The translations under genes and the position numbers were made by a program. Source: Vulcanimicrobiota bacterium (GTDB lineage Bacteria > Vulcanimicrobiota > Xenobia > Xenobiales > JADMJV01). From it: a stretch of 64,000 nucleotides of DNA. The notes below the pieces were generated by a model. The model was not told where the DNA came from and made no database searches. It saw nothing but the letters and a program-made list of their open reading frames with translations. Location of the stretch: contig JBFWNU010000001.1 in the NCBI GenBank assembly GCA_050250895.1, positions 1,000,008 through 1,064,007 on the forward strand, given 5' to 3'. This document shows, in pieces, positions 29,853 to 39,274 of the stretch (position 1 is its first letter; each line of letters begins with the position of its first letter).

Positions 29853-30778
29853 AACGGTTGTCCCTCCACCACGAATCGTCGCCACCCAGCCAGCAGATGA
29901 CTCATTGCCAGGGTTCCCTCGGCGCTCAGCGCGGGATCTTGACTCTCCACCGCATAGGCCAGCACCCCGAGCCCGTGGGTCAAACCGCGAAAGAAGGCCT
30001 GAGCCCACCAGCGAGGCTCGATCTTTCCATAGGCCCGGGCGAAGCGCCTGCGGGCCCGGCTATCAAACAGGGTCAGGGCCGCGCATAAATCGGTCGAACA
30101 GCGTCCCTGGTGAAGGTCTCCCCAATCGATGACCCCGCTCAGGCGCCCGCCTTCGACCACTAAATGGCGAGAATAAAGATCGCCGTGCAAGAACACCGTC
30201 GGCGCGGCCGGCTCGAGCTCGACCTCGAGCATCTCGAGCCATTCCGCCCGCCGGTCCAGATAGCCGCGGGCAACGAGATACTCGAGCCGGCTCGATGCCT
30301 CCGGGTAACGCCCTTCCCGTCCGAAGCGTCGGCACGGATCGGTGGGCAAAGCGTCCGGCACGACGAGTTGATGCAAACGACCCAGAAAATCCCCGAAATC
30401 CTCGGCCAGCGCCTCGCGCTCGGCCGCCGGCCCGGCCCAACGGTCGACAGTCTGACCCGGTACCAGAGCGTATCCGGCGAAAGGCCAGGGGAACTCGGGA
30501 CTGGGCCGACCCACCCATACCGGAGTCGACAGGCGAGGCTCACCCAGGGCTTCCGCCACCGACGGCAGCCAGCGGATTTCGTTGTCGAGCAACTCGACGG
30601 CCAACTGACGGCGCGGAAAGCGAAAAACACCACGGCCGCCAACCAGATAGGCGGTGTTATCCCAACCCTGACCGAACTCCGCGAGTTCGTGCCCGGCAAG
30701 CTCAGGAAACTGTTGGCCAATCAGCCGCCCGGCCAGGGTTTTGTCGACCACCCGTTCAGGCTTCCAGGGTTGCTCCAT
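29849..30778 (-). CDS. Aminoglycoside phosphotransferase (APH)-family kinase
   Basis: GWDN, VFRFPR, HGDL and GVIDWGD. Confidence 0.9.
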   Translation of the reverse strand: MEQPWKPERVVDKTLAGRLIGQQFPELAGHELAEFGQGWDNTAYLVGGRGVFRFPRRQLAVELLDNEIRWLPSVAEALGEPRLSTPVWVGRPSPEFPWPFAGYALVPGQTVDRWAGPAAEREALAEDFGDFLGRLHQLVVPDALPTDPCRRFGREGRYPEASSRLEYLVARGYLDRRAEWLEMLEVELEPAAPTVFLHGDLYSRHLVVEGGRLSGVIDWGDLHQGRCSTDLCAALTLFDSRARRRFARAYGKIEPRWWAQAFFRGLTHGLGVLAYAVESQDPALSAEGTLAMSHLLAGWRRFVVEGQPF

Positions 30779-30850
30779 GCGCGCCACTTCGCCTCGCCAG
30801 GCGACGAGTCTTTTTGCAGGTCTCACCCGCCGGGTCGAGAACCGGTGGGA

Positions 30851-31642
30851 GTGAATTCGAAACCAGTTGTACTCATTAGCGGAGCCTCTCGCGGCCTGGG
30901 CAAAGCCGTGGCTCTGTGGGTTGCGCGAGCGGGTGGCGACCTCGCCCTCATGGCTCGCTCTCGAGAATTGCTCGACGAAGTCGCGGCGGAGGCAGCCAAA
31001 GCCGGAGCCGAAGTGGAAGTGGCCGCCGCCGATGTGGCCGACCCGGCCGCCTGCGAGGCCTTTCTGGGCCGGGTGAAAGCCCGCTTCGGCCGCCTCGATG
31101 CGCTGGTCAACAACGCCGGAGTCATCGGTCCCATCGGTCCCCTCGAGACCACGGCACCCGCAGACTGGCGCTACGCGGTCGAAGTCAATCTGCTGGGCCC
31201 CTACTACTTGACCCGGGCGGCCCTACCCGCTTTGCGCCAGAGTTCAGGTCGGATCATCAACATTGGTACGGGCGCCGCCACCCAGCCCATCCCCAGCTGG
31301 AGCGCCTATTGCTCGTCGAAAGCCGCCCTGCTGCATTTCTCCCGGGTGGTAGCTAACGAAGAACCCCATTTGACCGTGGTCAACGTGGCGCCAGGCGTCG
31401 TCGAGACCGAAATGCAGGCGACCATCCGCCGCGACGGTCCGGGCCGCATGCCCAAGCAACTGGCCGACTATTTCGTTAGCTTGAAGACGGCGGGCCAACT
31501 CGAACCGCCCGAGGTTCCCGGCAAGGTGATCGCCTGGCTTGCGCTGGAGGCACCCAAGCGCTGGACCGGGGCCGAAGTGAGCTACGACGACCCGCAGCTG
31601 GCGGCCCAGCTGCAGACCAGTGAAGTCTTTGCCTCGCTATGA
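30851..31642 (+). CDS. Short-chain dehydrogenase/reductase
   Basis: GASRGLG, NNAG, YCSSK and PGVVET; start set at GTG 30851. Confidence 0.93.
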   Translation: MNSKPVVLISGASRGLGKAVALWVARAGGDLALMARSRELLDEVAAEAAKAGAEVEVAAADVADPAACEAFLGRVKARFGRLDALVNNAGVIGPIGPLETTAPADWRYAVEVNLLGPYYLTRAALPALRQSSGRIINIGTGAATQPIPSWSAYCSSKAALLHFSRVVANEEPHLTVVNVAPGVVETEMQATIRRDGPGRMPKQLADYFVSLKTAGQLEPPEVPGKVIAWLALEAPKRWTGAEVSYDDPQLAAQLQTSEVFASL

Positions 31643-32991
31643 AGAGATTTCTGTTGGGGTTGCTCGTCTTCCTGGCAGGCCTGGCCCGGGCCGACGACTA
31701 TAGCCAGACCGCCAGGACCATCATCGAGGGCTCTCAGCAGCGCGGCCAACCGTACCAACGGTTAGCCTACCTTTGCGACACCTTCGGGCCCCGGCTCAGT
31801 GGCAGCCAGGCCCTCGAGCAGGCCATCGACTGGGCCTATGCCGAGATGCGCAAAGACGGTCTCGAAAACGTGCGCACCCAGTCGGTCCAGGTCGCCAACT
31901 GGAAGCGAGGCGACGAAAGACTGCAACTGCTGGCTCCGTATCAAGCCGAACTGCCCGTGCTCGGGCTGGGCATGTCGGTGGGCACTCCTGAGGAAGGCAT
32001 CGAGGCCGACTGCCTGGTGGTCTCGTCCTTTGACGAACTCAAGCAGAAGGCCGACCAGGCGGCCGGCAAGATCGTGGTCTTTGACGCTCCCTTCACCAGC
32101 TACGGCCAGACCGTGGCCTATCGCATTCGCGGCGGCATCGAGGCCGCCCGGGTCGGGGCGGTGGCCGCCCTGCTGCGGTCGGTCACTCCAACTTCCCTTG
32201 GCACGCTGCACACGGGAGTGACCATTTACGACGAACAGGTGCCTAAGATCCCTTTTGCAGCCATCACTGTCGAGCAGGCCGAAATGATGCATCGCTGTGC
32301 CCAACGGGGCCAGACCGTGCGAGTGCGCCTGAAGATGCAGGCCGAAACTCTGCCTCCGGCCACCTCTCGCAACCTGATCGGGGAACTGGTGGGCCGCGAA
32401 AGCCCCGAAGAAGTCATCGTGCTGGGAGGCCACATCGACTCCTGGGACGTGGGCCAGGGGGCCCAGGACGACGGCGGCGGCTGCCTGGCCGCCTGGGAGG
32501 CAGTGCGACTGCTCAAAGAGCTGGGGCTACGGCCGCGGCGCACCCTACGCGTCGTGCTTTTCACCAACGAAGAAAACGGCTCTCAAGGGGGCAAAACCTA
32601 TGCGGCCTCGGTAGCCGGCCAGATCAACCAACACGTGCTGGCTATCGAGAGTGACTATGGGGTCTTCCGCCCCACCGGCTTTAGCTTCAGCGGCAACCCC
32701 GAAGCAGCCAGGACCATTCGGGAAGTGGCCGGGTTATTGAGTTCCATCGGCGCCGACACGATCACCGAGCCGGGAGGAGCCACCGATATCCAACCCCTCA
32801 TGGAGCAGGGCGTGCCCGGCCTGGGACTCAGTGTCGAACCGACTCGCTACTTCTACTATCATCACAGTCCGGCCGATACCATCGACAAAGTGGATGAGAG
32901 CGAACTGCGCGCCTGCGTGGCCACCATGGCCGTGATGGCCTATGTGGTGGCGGACATGCCGGTGCGACTGCCTTTCGGATCGGCCAAATAG
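31639..32991 (+). CDS. Secreted M28 peptidase (carboxypeptidase Q-like)
   Basis: Signal peptide, GPRLSGS, HIDSWD, GAQDD, NEE and YYHHSPAD. Confidence 0.92.
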   Translation: MKRFLLGLLVFLAGLARADDYSQTARTIIEGSQQRGQPYQRLAYLCDTFGPRLSGSQALEQAIDWAYAEMRKDGLENVRTQSVQVANWKRGDERLQLLAPYQAELPVLGLGMSVGTPEEGIEADCLVVSSFDELKQKADQAAGKIVVFDAPFTSYGQTVAYRIRGGIEAARVGAVAALLRSVTPTSLGTLHTGVTIYDEQVPKIPFAAITVEQAEMMHRCAQRGQTVRVRLKMQAETLPPATSRNLIGELVGRESPEEVIVLGGHIDSWDVGQGAQDDGGGCLAAWEAVRLLKELGLRPRRTLRVVLFTNEENGSQGGKTYAASVAGQINQHVLAIESDYGVFRPTGFSFSGNPEAARTIREVAGLLSSIGADTITEPGGATDIQPLMEQGVPGLGLSVEPTRYFYYHHSPADTIDKVDESELRACVATMAVMAYVVADMPVRLPFGSAK

Positions 32992-33027
32992 CAGGATTTC
33001 TTCACGTTCATGACAGAATTTTGGCAG

Positions 33028-33498
33028 ATGCGACATTATCTGGCCGCATTGCTCGTGCTCGCTTTCGGCTGGCCTGCTCTGGCCATCCCCGGCGGGGCGC
33101 CCATTCCTCAGGGAGTGGTCAAGTCTTCAGCCCCCCATCGAGAAATCAACGTGCTCAATCGCGACACGCCCGGCCAACAGGTCGATATCTCCTCGAACCT
33201 GGTCGAGGGCAAGACCAATATCGTCGTCTTCTACGCCGACTGGTGACCCTGCAACGAAGGTCCCCAGTTGGTGACCCTGACCGATAGAGACCCCGAGCTG
33301 GTGCTGCTGAAAATCGACATCCAAGAGCCCGGCTCGCCCGTGGCCCGCCAATACAAGGTCGATGTCGTTCCCTACTTTCGTATCTACGGACCCGACCGTG
33401 AACTCATCGCCGAGGGGAAGAAGGCCGAGCGCTGGCTTGACCGGGCGATGCTCAAAGCCAAAGGCAAAGAGATCCCCCCCGAACTCCAAGAGGAGTAG
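33028..33498 (+). CDS. Exported thioredoxin-fold protein; candidate selenoprotein (UGA at 33244-33246)
   Basis: Signal peptide; VVFYADW-TGA-PC continues in frame into KIDI...VARQYKVDVVPYF, so the two track ORFs are one reading frame. Confidence 0.75.
33259..33276 (+). promoter_or_regulatory. Candidate bacterial SECIS hairpin
   Basis: GGTC-C-CC-AGTT-GG-T-GACC; loop starts 20 nt after the UGA and has G at position 2 followed by U. Confidence 0.5.
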
Positions 33499-33554
33499 GA
33501 ATCCTGGAGGATTCCCCGGTCCGGCCACAGAACGGCCGGGCCACGGGACGGGTC

Positions 33555-34625
33555 ATGTCGATGTTAATCAGAAAAACTCTAGCTTTGCTGTGTTTGCTGC
33601 TGGTGCTGGTGGCTCCGGCGCTGGCTCAGGAAGAACCTGACCAGGGGCTTCCAAGGCCGGCTCCGCAAGAACCAGATGAGGGGCTTCTCGACCTCAACCT
33701 CGAGGAACTCCTCAACATGGAGGTTATTCAAGTGACCATTCCCGGTGCTCACTGGCACTGGGAGGGCGACTGGATGGTCGGCTACCAGTACATGCAGCAG
33801 AACTGGGTCGGCCACCTCGAGGGAAGTCGTCGCGTCAGCGACCGCGAGGTCCTCAGCAAGTTTCCGCTCACCCACGAGCGGATGCGAATGGACATGCACA
33901 TGTTGATGTTCATGTACGGCGACAACGACGATCTGACCTACATGGTCATGGTTCCCTACATGGAAATGGACATGCCCCATCTCAGCCGCACCGGTTCGAC
34001 CTTCACCACCCGCTCGGAGGGCCTCGGAGATATCAGCGTCTCGGCCATTTTTCCCATCTTCGACGACTATCCCCACCGCTTGCAGGTCGAAGCCGGAATC
34101 AGCGCCCCCACCGGGCGCATCGACATGGAAGACCTCAACGGCCGGCCTGGCCGGCTGGAATACGCCATGCAGCTGGGTTCGGGCACCTTTGATCTCAAGC
34201 CGGCCCTGACCTATTTGGGCCAAACCGAAGACCTCACCTGGGGCGCCCAGCTCCGCGGCACCGTTCGTCTGGGACAAAATTCGGCCGGCTACCGCCGGGG
34301 TCACGAACTCGGGCTTACCGCCTGGATCTCGCCAGCGCTCTCCAAGTCGTTTAGCCCCTCGCTACGCATCGACGCCATGAAGTGGGGCAACGTTCACGGA
34401 ATCGACCCCAGGATATCTATCACCAATCCGGCCTCGGTGGCGACCCTCCAATCGGGCGAGCGCATCGACCTGCTGCTGGGCCTCAACTATGCGGCCGGCG
34501 TAAACGAAGAAGGTCACGGACACCGTTTCTCGATCGAGGGCGGAATGCCCATCTATCAACACCTGCGCGGTCCCCAGCTGCGCTCAGACTGGAGAATTGG
34601 AGGAGCCTGGCAATGGACTTTCTAA
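33555..34625 (+). CDS. Met/His-rich outer-membrane beta-barrel ('transporter', Phenol_MetA_deg-like)
   Basis: Signal peptide, HxHxxGxWM, GLGDI, SAPTG, MQLGSGTFD and C-terminal WQWTF. Confidence 0.75.
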   Translation: MSMLIRKTLALLCLLLVLVAPALAQEEPDQGLPRPAPQEPDEGLLDLNLEELLNMEVIQVTIPGAHWHWEGDWMVGYQYMQQNWVGHLEGSRRVSDREVLSKFPLTHERMRMDMHMLMFMYGDNDDLTYMVMVPYMEMDMPHLSRTGSTFTTRSEGLGDISVSAIFPIFDDYPHRLQVEAGISAPTGRIDMEDLNGRPGRLEYAMQLGSGTFDLKPALTYLGQTEDLTWGAQLRGTVRLGQNSAGYRRGHELGLTAWISPALSKSFSPSLRIDAMKWGNVHGIDPRISITNPASVATLQSGERIDLLLGLNYAAGVNEEGHGHRFSIEGGMPIYQHLRGPQLRSDWRIGGAWQWTF

Positions 34626-35119
34626 ATCGGCGGGCGCTCGCGCTTTTGCTGGCTGTGGCCTGCCTGAGCTCTGCCGTGGCCCAGACCCGCGAGTACCAGA
34701 TCAAGACGGCCTTCATCTACAACTTCATGAAGTTCGTGGAGTGGCCAGCCAACAATGGCCCGCTGAGGATCGGGGTGCTCGGCCAGGACCCCTTTGACGG
34801 AGCACTCAAACAGCTTGAGAGTCGCGACGTCGGAGGGCGGGCCCTGGTGGTCGGAACCGTCAAAAGCCCTGAAGACGCCAAGAATTTCCAGGTCGTGTTT
34901 GTAGCCGATCCGACCCAGTCCAGGGCTCTCATCAAAGCCGTCTCGGGCTTACCCGTGCTGACCATCAGCGATGCACCCGGCTTTTCTCAGGCCGGTGGAG
35001 GCATCACCTTCGTGTCCTCCAAAAACCGCATCCGCTTTCAGCTCAACGCGACAGCCCTGCAGAATGCCAAGCTCAAACCGAGTTCCAAACTACTGAGCCT
35101 GGCCTCCGACCTTTACTAG
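34613..35119 (+). CDS. YfiR/DUF4154-family periplasmic protein
   Basis: EYQIKTAFIYNFMKFVEWP, IGVLGQDPF, LTISD and SSKLLSLA; start ATG 34613. Confidence 0.9.
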   Translation: MDFLNRRALALLLAVACLSSAVAQTREYQIKTAFIYNFMKFVEWPANNGPLRIGVLGQDPFDGALKQLESRDVGGRALVVGTVKSPEDAKNFQVVFVADPTQSRALIKAVSGLPVLTISDAPGFSQAGGGITFVSSKNRIRFQLNATALQNAKLKPSSKLLSLASDLY

Positions 35120-35160
35120 TTACTAGAGGCCCCCTATCGCCCCCAGGCGAAACTGTCTCG

Positions 35161-35808
35161 ATGGGATCGGCTCTGCAGAAGTCTCTGGGCTTGCATGCGG
35201 TCATGCTGATCCTCTTATGGTTACTCTACCCTGGCGCCAGTTCCATCGCCGAACCCCCAGAAGAACTGTTGGTGGTCCGCCCCGTGGCCATCTCGTCGCC
35301 CCCAAAGCCGCCCCCCTTGCCGGCCCCTGCTCCGCTCGAGCCGCTAGTCTCGCCAGCCGGGAGGCCCAGGCAAGACCAACCCCGGCCCGAACCCGAGAAA
35401 CCCGCGAAGAAGGTTCCCCAACTGGCCCTCAAGGGGCCCGCCTACCCCGTCCACCATTCCAAGCTGGAAGCCGTTCGCCCAGATCAGGGCCGGCCGCCCC
35501 AGCCCCGGATCCCGAACGACGGCCACAACGCGGCGGCCGGGGAACAGGGCGACGATGCCTATCCGATCTATCATCCTCCGGTTGAAATCTTCCACCAGGG
35601 AACCATGGCCGCCCACTATCTCGAGGCCGAATTCCGTTTGCAGGCCAACGGCAACTTTCGCGTCCGGCTGCTGACCAGCCTGGGCAGTGCCAAATGGGAC
35701 GGGATCGCCTTAGCCACGCTGGAACGCTGGCGTTGGCAGCCGCGCCGGGTCGAGGGCAAGCCAGTTGCTTCTACCGAGGTCATTCGACTCACCACTCAGT
35801 CGCCGTAG
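35161..35808 (+). CDS. TonB-like energy transducer
   Basis: SxxLH TM anchor, Pro-rich linker, and C-terminal SxG...D..A...WRWQP...GKPV. Confidence 0.75.
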   Translation: MGSALQKSLGLHAVMLILLWLLYPGASSIAEPPEELLVVRPVAISSPPKPPPLPAPAPLEPLVSPAGRPRQDQPRPEPEKPAKKVPQLALKGPAYPVHHSKLEAVRPDQGRPPQPRIPNDGHNAAAGEQGDDAYPIYHPPVEIFHQGTMAAHYLEAEFRLQANGNFRVRLLTSLGSAKWDGIALATLERWRWQPRRVEGKPVASTEVIRLTTQSP

Positions 35809-36089
35809 TCGACCACCAGGCCCAGTTTGGAAACCCGGCGCAAACACTCCAGGAAGTGCTCGTCGGTGCCCGGCAAAAGCTCGGCCCAGCGATGGCCGAG
35901 GGCGGTCTCGTACCCTCCCACGGGGATGCGAATGCGAAGGGGATTCAAAAACAGCTTCTCGAGAGCCTGGCGATAGTGGCGATCACGGCAGTCGATCGAG
36001 ACCGTCTCTCCGTCCCAATCGAGCCTGCCCACCGGAAACTCGCCCCGCTTGCGGCCGTCGCGAGCGTTGACCAGGGGATAGATAATCAC
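35796..36089 (-). CDS. Small hypothetical protein
   Basis: 97-aa ORF with a GTGA overlap with the upstream gene. Confidence 0.65.
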   Translation of the reverse strand: MIIYPLVNARDGRKRGEFPVGRLDWDGETVSIDCRDRHYRQALEKLFLNPLRIRIPVGGYETALGHRWAELLPGTDEHFLECLRRVSKLGLVVDYGD

Positions 36090-37402
36090 GCGTTCTGACG
36101 CCGAAAGAGATACTCGAGGTAGTCGTACATCGAGCGGTCAAAGTCGTAGAGATCCTCGCGCGTCCAAAACGGATCGGCGCAGTCGGACTCGGACAGGTAC
36201 GCCTCCACCGATTGGGCGAAATAGCGCACCGGCGAAGTCTCGGCCATGGCGTCCGAGAACTCGTGACCGAGCATGCCTTCCTGGCAGGCCTGGTAGCTGG
36301 CTTTGACAGCGGCCGACTTGAGACTGGCAAAGCCCGAATCGCCCACGGCATGGTCAAAGGCGTGAGCGAAATAGAACAAGACGGGGTGGAAGTGGCGAGG
36401 CGCTCGCAACAAGCACTCCTCTTCGATGACGCAGGTGCGCGAAGTGGGTAGATAGACGGCTCCGACAACCGCTTCGTCCCCGAAAGCCTCTTGCACGCCG
36501 GGATGGTTGGCCAATCCCTGGCCGGCCGGCCAAAGATGAACGCGGATCTTCTCGCTGACGCACAATCGCAACACTCCCAGCCCGAAGCGCCCCAACAGCC
36601 GCTGCAGACGAGCGTAAGCTGGCGAAGTGATGTCACCAGTGATCAGCTGGTTGGTAACCCGAGCCAGGGTCGGCTCGACCTCGAGTTCGGGGCTGGCTGG
36701 AAGCTCATCGGACTCGACCTCGATAGGACGGCAAGTCTCTTCTTCGGCCAGCAAGAATCCGTCCCCATGGTCAAGCAGAGAACTCCACTTGCTCTCTTCT
36801 CGCGGAGCTACCGGCGGGGCGGGCTCGGGCTGTTCAAGCTCCAACTTCTCGGCGGCCGGCGGGTCGGGCTGAGGCCGAGTCTCGGCTTCGGGTGGTTCAG
36901 GCTCGGCCGTGGGCTCATCCGACTCTTCAAAGTCTGGCTCGGCCTCTTCTCCTGACTCGGGATCGGCTTCGTAGCTCTGCCAGCGACCGTTTTCGAGTTC
37001 CTCTACCTGACCCTGGACCTCGGCCAGCGGCCGGCCTGGGCCCGGCTGCTCATCGGAGTGCTCGCCCTCGGACTCGTCGTCGCCCCCGAAGTAGAACTCC
37101 TCACCATCGTCGGGCTCTGGGTGGTCTTCGTAATCCTCGTAGTCTTCGAATTCCTCTTCCCAGGCCTCGGTGAAGGCCTGGGCCTGACTGCCGCTGCCGA
37201 AGAGGTCAGGATCCATCGAGCCGAGCATGTCCTCGTCCATGGCCCCACAATCGGCGGAAAGCTCGGAACTATCCCCGGTGGAGCGCGCCCTACGAGAACG
37301 AAGCTCTCGTTGCAACTGCGTGCGAAGCTGGTCACTCGACTTCTGAGTGTTGTCGATCATATTCCTCTGAGTCGAGGAGATGAGGTTTAGCAGAGGATCC
37401 AA
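36086..37402 (-). CDS. Acidic disordered N-terminus + degenerate ATLF/Pro-Pro-endopeptidase-like zincin domain
   Basis: VLFYFAHAFD replaces VLHExxH; RYFAQSVEAY replaces EYFAES; LxxxDxxMYxYL is retained. Confidence 0.6.
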   Translation of the reverse strand: MDPLLNLISSTQRNMIDNTQKSSDQLRTQLQRELRSRRARSTGDSSELSADCGAMDEDMLGSMDPDLFGSGSQAQAFTEAWEEEFEDYEDYEDHPEPDDGEEFYFGGDDESEGEHSDEQPGPGRPLAEVQGQVEELENGRWQSYEADPESGEEAEPDFEESDEPTAEPEPPEAETRPQPDPPAAEKLELEQPEPAPPVAPREESKWSSLLDHGDGFLLAEEETCRPIEVESDELPASPELEVEPTLARVTNQLITGDITSPAYARLQRLLGRFGLGVLRLCVSEKIRVHLWPAGQGLANHPGVQEAFGDEAVVGAVYLPTSRTCVIEEECLLRAPRHFHPVLFYFAHAFDHAVGDSGFASLKSAAVKASYQACQEGMLGHEFSDAMAETSPVRYFAQSVEAYLSESDCADPFWTREDLYDFDRSMYDYLEYLFRRQNA

Positions 37403-37424
37403 ACCTGTTTCCAGCCCTTCGCGT

Positions 37425-37451
37425 AAAAAGGGGCCGAGTTGTCCCGGCCCC
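37425..37451 (-). terminator. Rho-independent terminator of the S8 gene
   Basis: On the - strand GGGCCGGG-ACAA-CTCGGCCC-TTTTT. Confidence 0.7.
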
Positions 37452-37457
37452 TATGGC

Positions 37458-39161
37458 TTACGCAGCTATATTCTCCGACTCTTTGCCCGGATCCTCGGGC
37501 GCCGGTGCTCCGCCTTCGGGAGGAGCCTCGGGGGCCTCGCCCTCTTTGGGTTCGCCCAGGAGCACTCCGCCGGCCGCCATCGCTTCTTCAATGGCCTTGC
37601 GCAGCAGGGCTTCCTGATCAATCTCGACGCGCTCGCCGGTGGTCGTCAAAGAGACCATCAGAGCCTCGTTGGGATCGACCATGCCGGCGCCCTGACTGTT
37701 GGCGCCCAGTCGCTTGTCGGGCAGCTTGTCGGCGGTGGTGGTCAGAATCTCTTTGACCTGATCGGGAGTCAAATCAGGGTTGGCTTCTAGCATCTGAGCC
37801 ACCACTCCGGCCACGATAGGGGTGGCCATCGAGGTGCCCGGCATTCCAATGTAGGCGCCCGACTCGTCCACCGGCAGTCGCGATGTGGCGTTGAGCAGCC
37901 GGTTGAACTGAGTGTCGGCAGACTCTTCCGACTCTTTGAGCTTCATCACCGTGTCGGGTGACAGGCCCATCAGAAGGAACGTCTCGGCCGGAATGTTCTT
38001 GAGTTCGTCGTGGTTCATCCCAGCATAGTATTTGATCGACTCGTGCATCAGCTTGAACTGCTGAGCCATCGCCTCCTTTGAGGTCATCGGGGCCATCGGG
38101 GCCATAATCGAGACCCCAGGAGCCACCAGGTCAGGCTTTTGCAGTCCCCCGGGAGTCGGGCCACGGCTCGAGAACTCGGCCATCGTGTCGTCGGACGGGT
38201 CGTCAGTGTTGTTGTCGTCGGCAGCACCCACCGTCAGGGCAAAGGGGCTATCGCCAGGAGCGGCGATCGTCTTGCGACCGGGACCCTCGTTGCCGGCGGC
38301 AGCGACCACTACGATGCCGGCCTCGTGAGCAGCTTGAACAGCCTGATTCACCGGATCGTTCTCGTAGTCTTTGCGAGCCGTGTGGCCGAGCGACATGTTG
38401 ATCACCCGAATGCCCATGCGATCCTTGTTTTCGATGGCGAACTGAATGGCTTTGATAATGCTCGAAGTGGCACCGCTACCGTCAGCGCCCAGCACCTTCA
38501 GGCTGAGAATCTTGGCGTCGGGAGCAGGGCCTTTGAAGCGCTCGTCAATCATCCCGGCGGCGGCGGCGTCGCCGGCCACGTGAGTGCCGTGGCCGTTGTC
38601 ATCATACGGAATGGTGCGTCCGTTGACGAAATCGATCTGGCCCAGCAGGCGGTCCTGCAGGTCGGGGTGAGGATGCACGCCCGTGTCGATGACGGCGATG
38701 GTCACGCCCTTGCCGGTAAAGCGGCGGGTCAGGTTGCTGTCGAAACGAGCGTTGGCCATCTCGGGGCGCTGCTTAAACTCTTTGGCCTCCTTGACCTTGG
38801 TGGGGTCGACCTCGCCCGACTCGAAGTCGGAAGGGTCGAAGGGAATGGGGGGCAAGAAGCGATCTTGCTCGTCAGAGACGACGGTGTAACCCTTTTTCTC
38901 GAGCTCCTTGACCTGTTTGTCGGTCAACTCGGCAACGTAGCCACCGATGACTCCGAGCTCTTCTTTGATGGTCACTCCAAAATCCTTGATTTCCTGAGTG
39001 TGAGATACGCCCGACTTGAAAAGCTGGTTCTGCTTGGGCGGCATCACGATGTAGGCGCTCGATCCGGCGCCGGCCGCGTCGAGTTGCACGCGGCCCATCC
39101 CCGCGGCTCCCGTAGGGCGGGTCGGTGTGTTCATTAGCTGGCGAATTCCCTGGAGGTCCAT
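37458..39161 (-). CDS. S8 subtilisin-like serine peptidase (AprX-like)
   Basis: IDTG, HGTH, AAGN and GTSMATP; no Sec signal peptide. Confidence 0.95.
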   Translation of the reverse strand: MDLQGIRQLMNTPTRPTGAAGMGRVQLDAAGAGSSAYIVMPPKQNQLFKSGVSHTQEIKDFGVTIKEELGVIGGYVAELTDKQVKELEKKGYTVVSDEQDRFLPPIPFDPSDFESGEVDPTKVKEAKEFKQRPEMANARFDSNLTRRFTGKGVTIAVIDTGVHPHPDLQDRLLGQIDFVNGRTIPYDDNGHGTHVAGDAAAAGMIDERFKGPAPDAKILSLKVLGADGSGATSSIIKAIQFAIENKDRMGIRVINMSLGHTARKDYENDPVNQAVQAAHEAGIVVVAAAGNEGPGRKTIAAPGDSPFALTVGAADDNNTDDPSDDTMAEFSSRGPTPGGLQKPDLVAPGVSIMAPMAPMTSKEAMAQQFKLMHESIKYYAGMNHDELKNIPAETFLLMGLSPDTVMKLKESEESADTQFNRLLNATSRLPVDESGAYIGMPGTSMATPIVAGVVAQMLEANPDLTPDQVKEILTTTADKLPDKRLGANSQGAGMVDPNEALMVSLTTTGERVEIDQEALLRKAIEEAMAAGGVLLGEPKEGEAPEAPPEGGAPAPEDPGKESENIAA

Positions 39162-39274
39162 TCAACCTGGTCCCTTCTCTGTTTTCTGTGTTCCCCTCGG
39201 AGAGTCTAACCCCAGGTAGGTAACAGCCAAGTGAACAGCCTGTTAACAAGCTCGCGGAAAGGCCAAAGCGACCT

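Noticed and set aside
29849-30778. Bona fide antibiotic-resistance gene
   Set aside because: Only generic APH-family motifs and no mobile context; the substrate cannot be inferred.
30164-30850. N-terminal extension of the SDR ORF
   Set aside because: It overlaps the APH gene on the opposite strand; the SDR fold begins at 30851.
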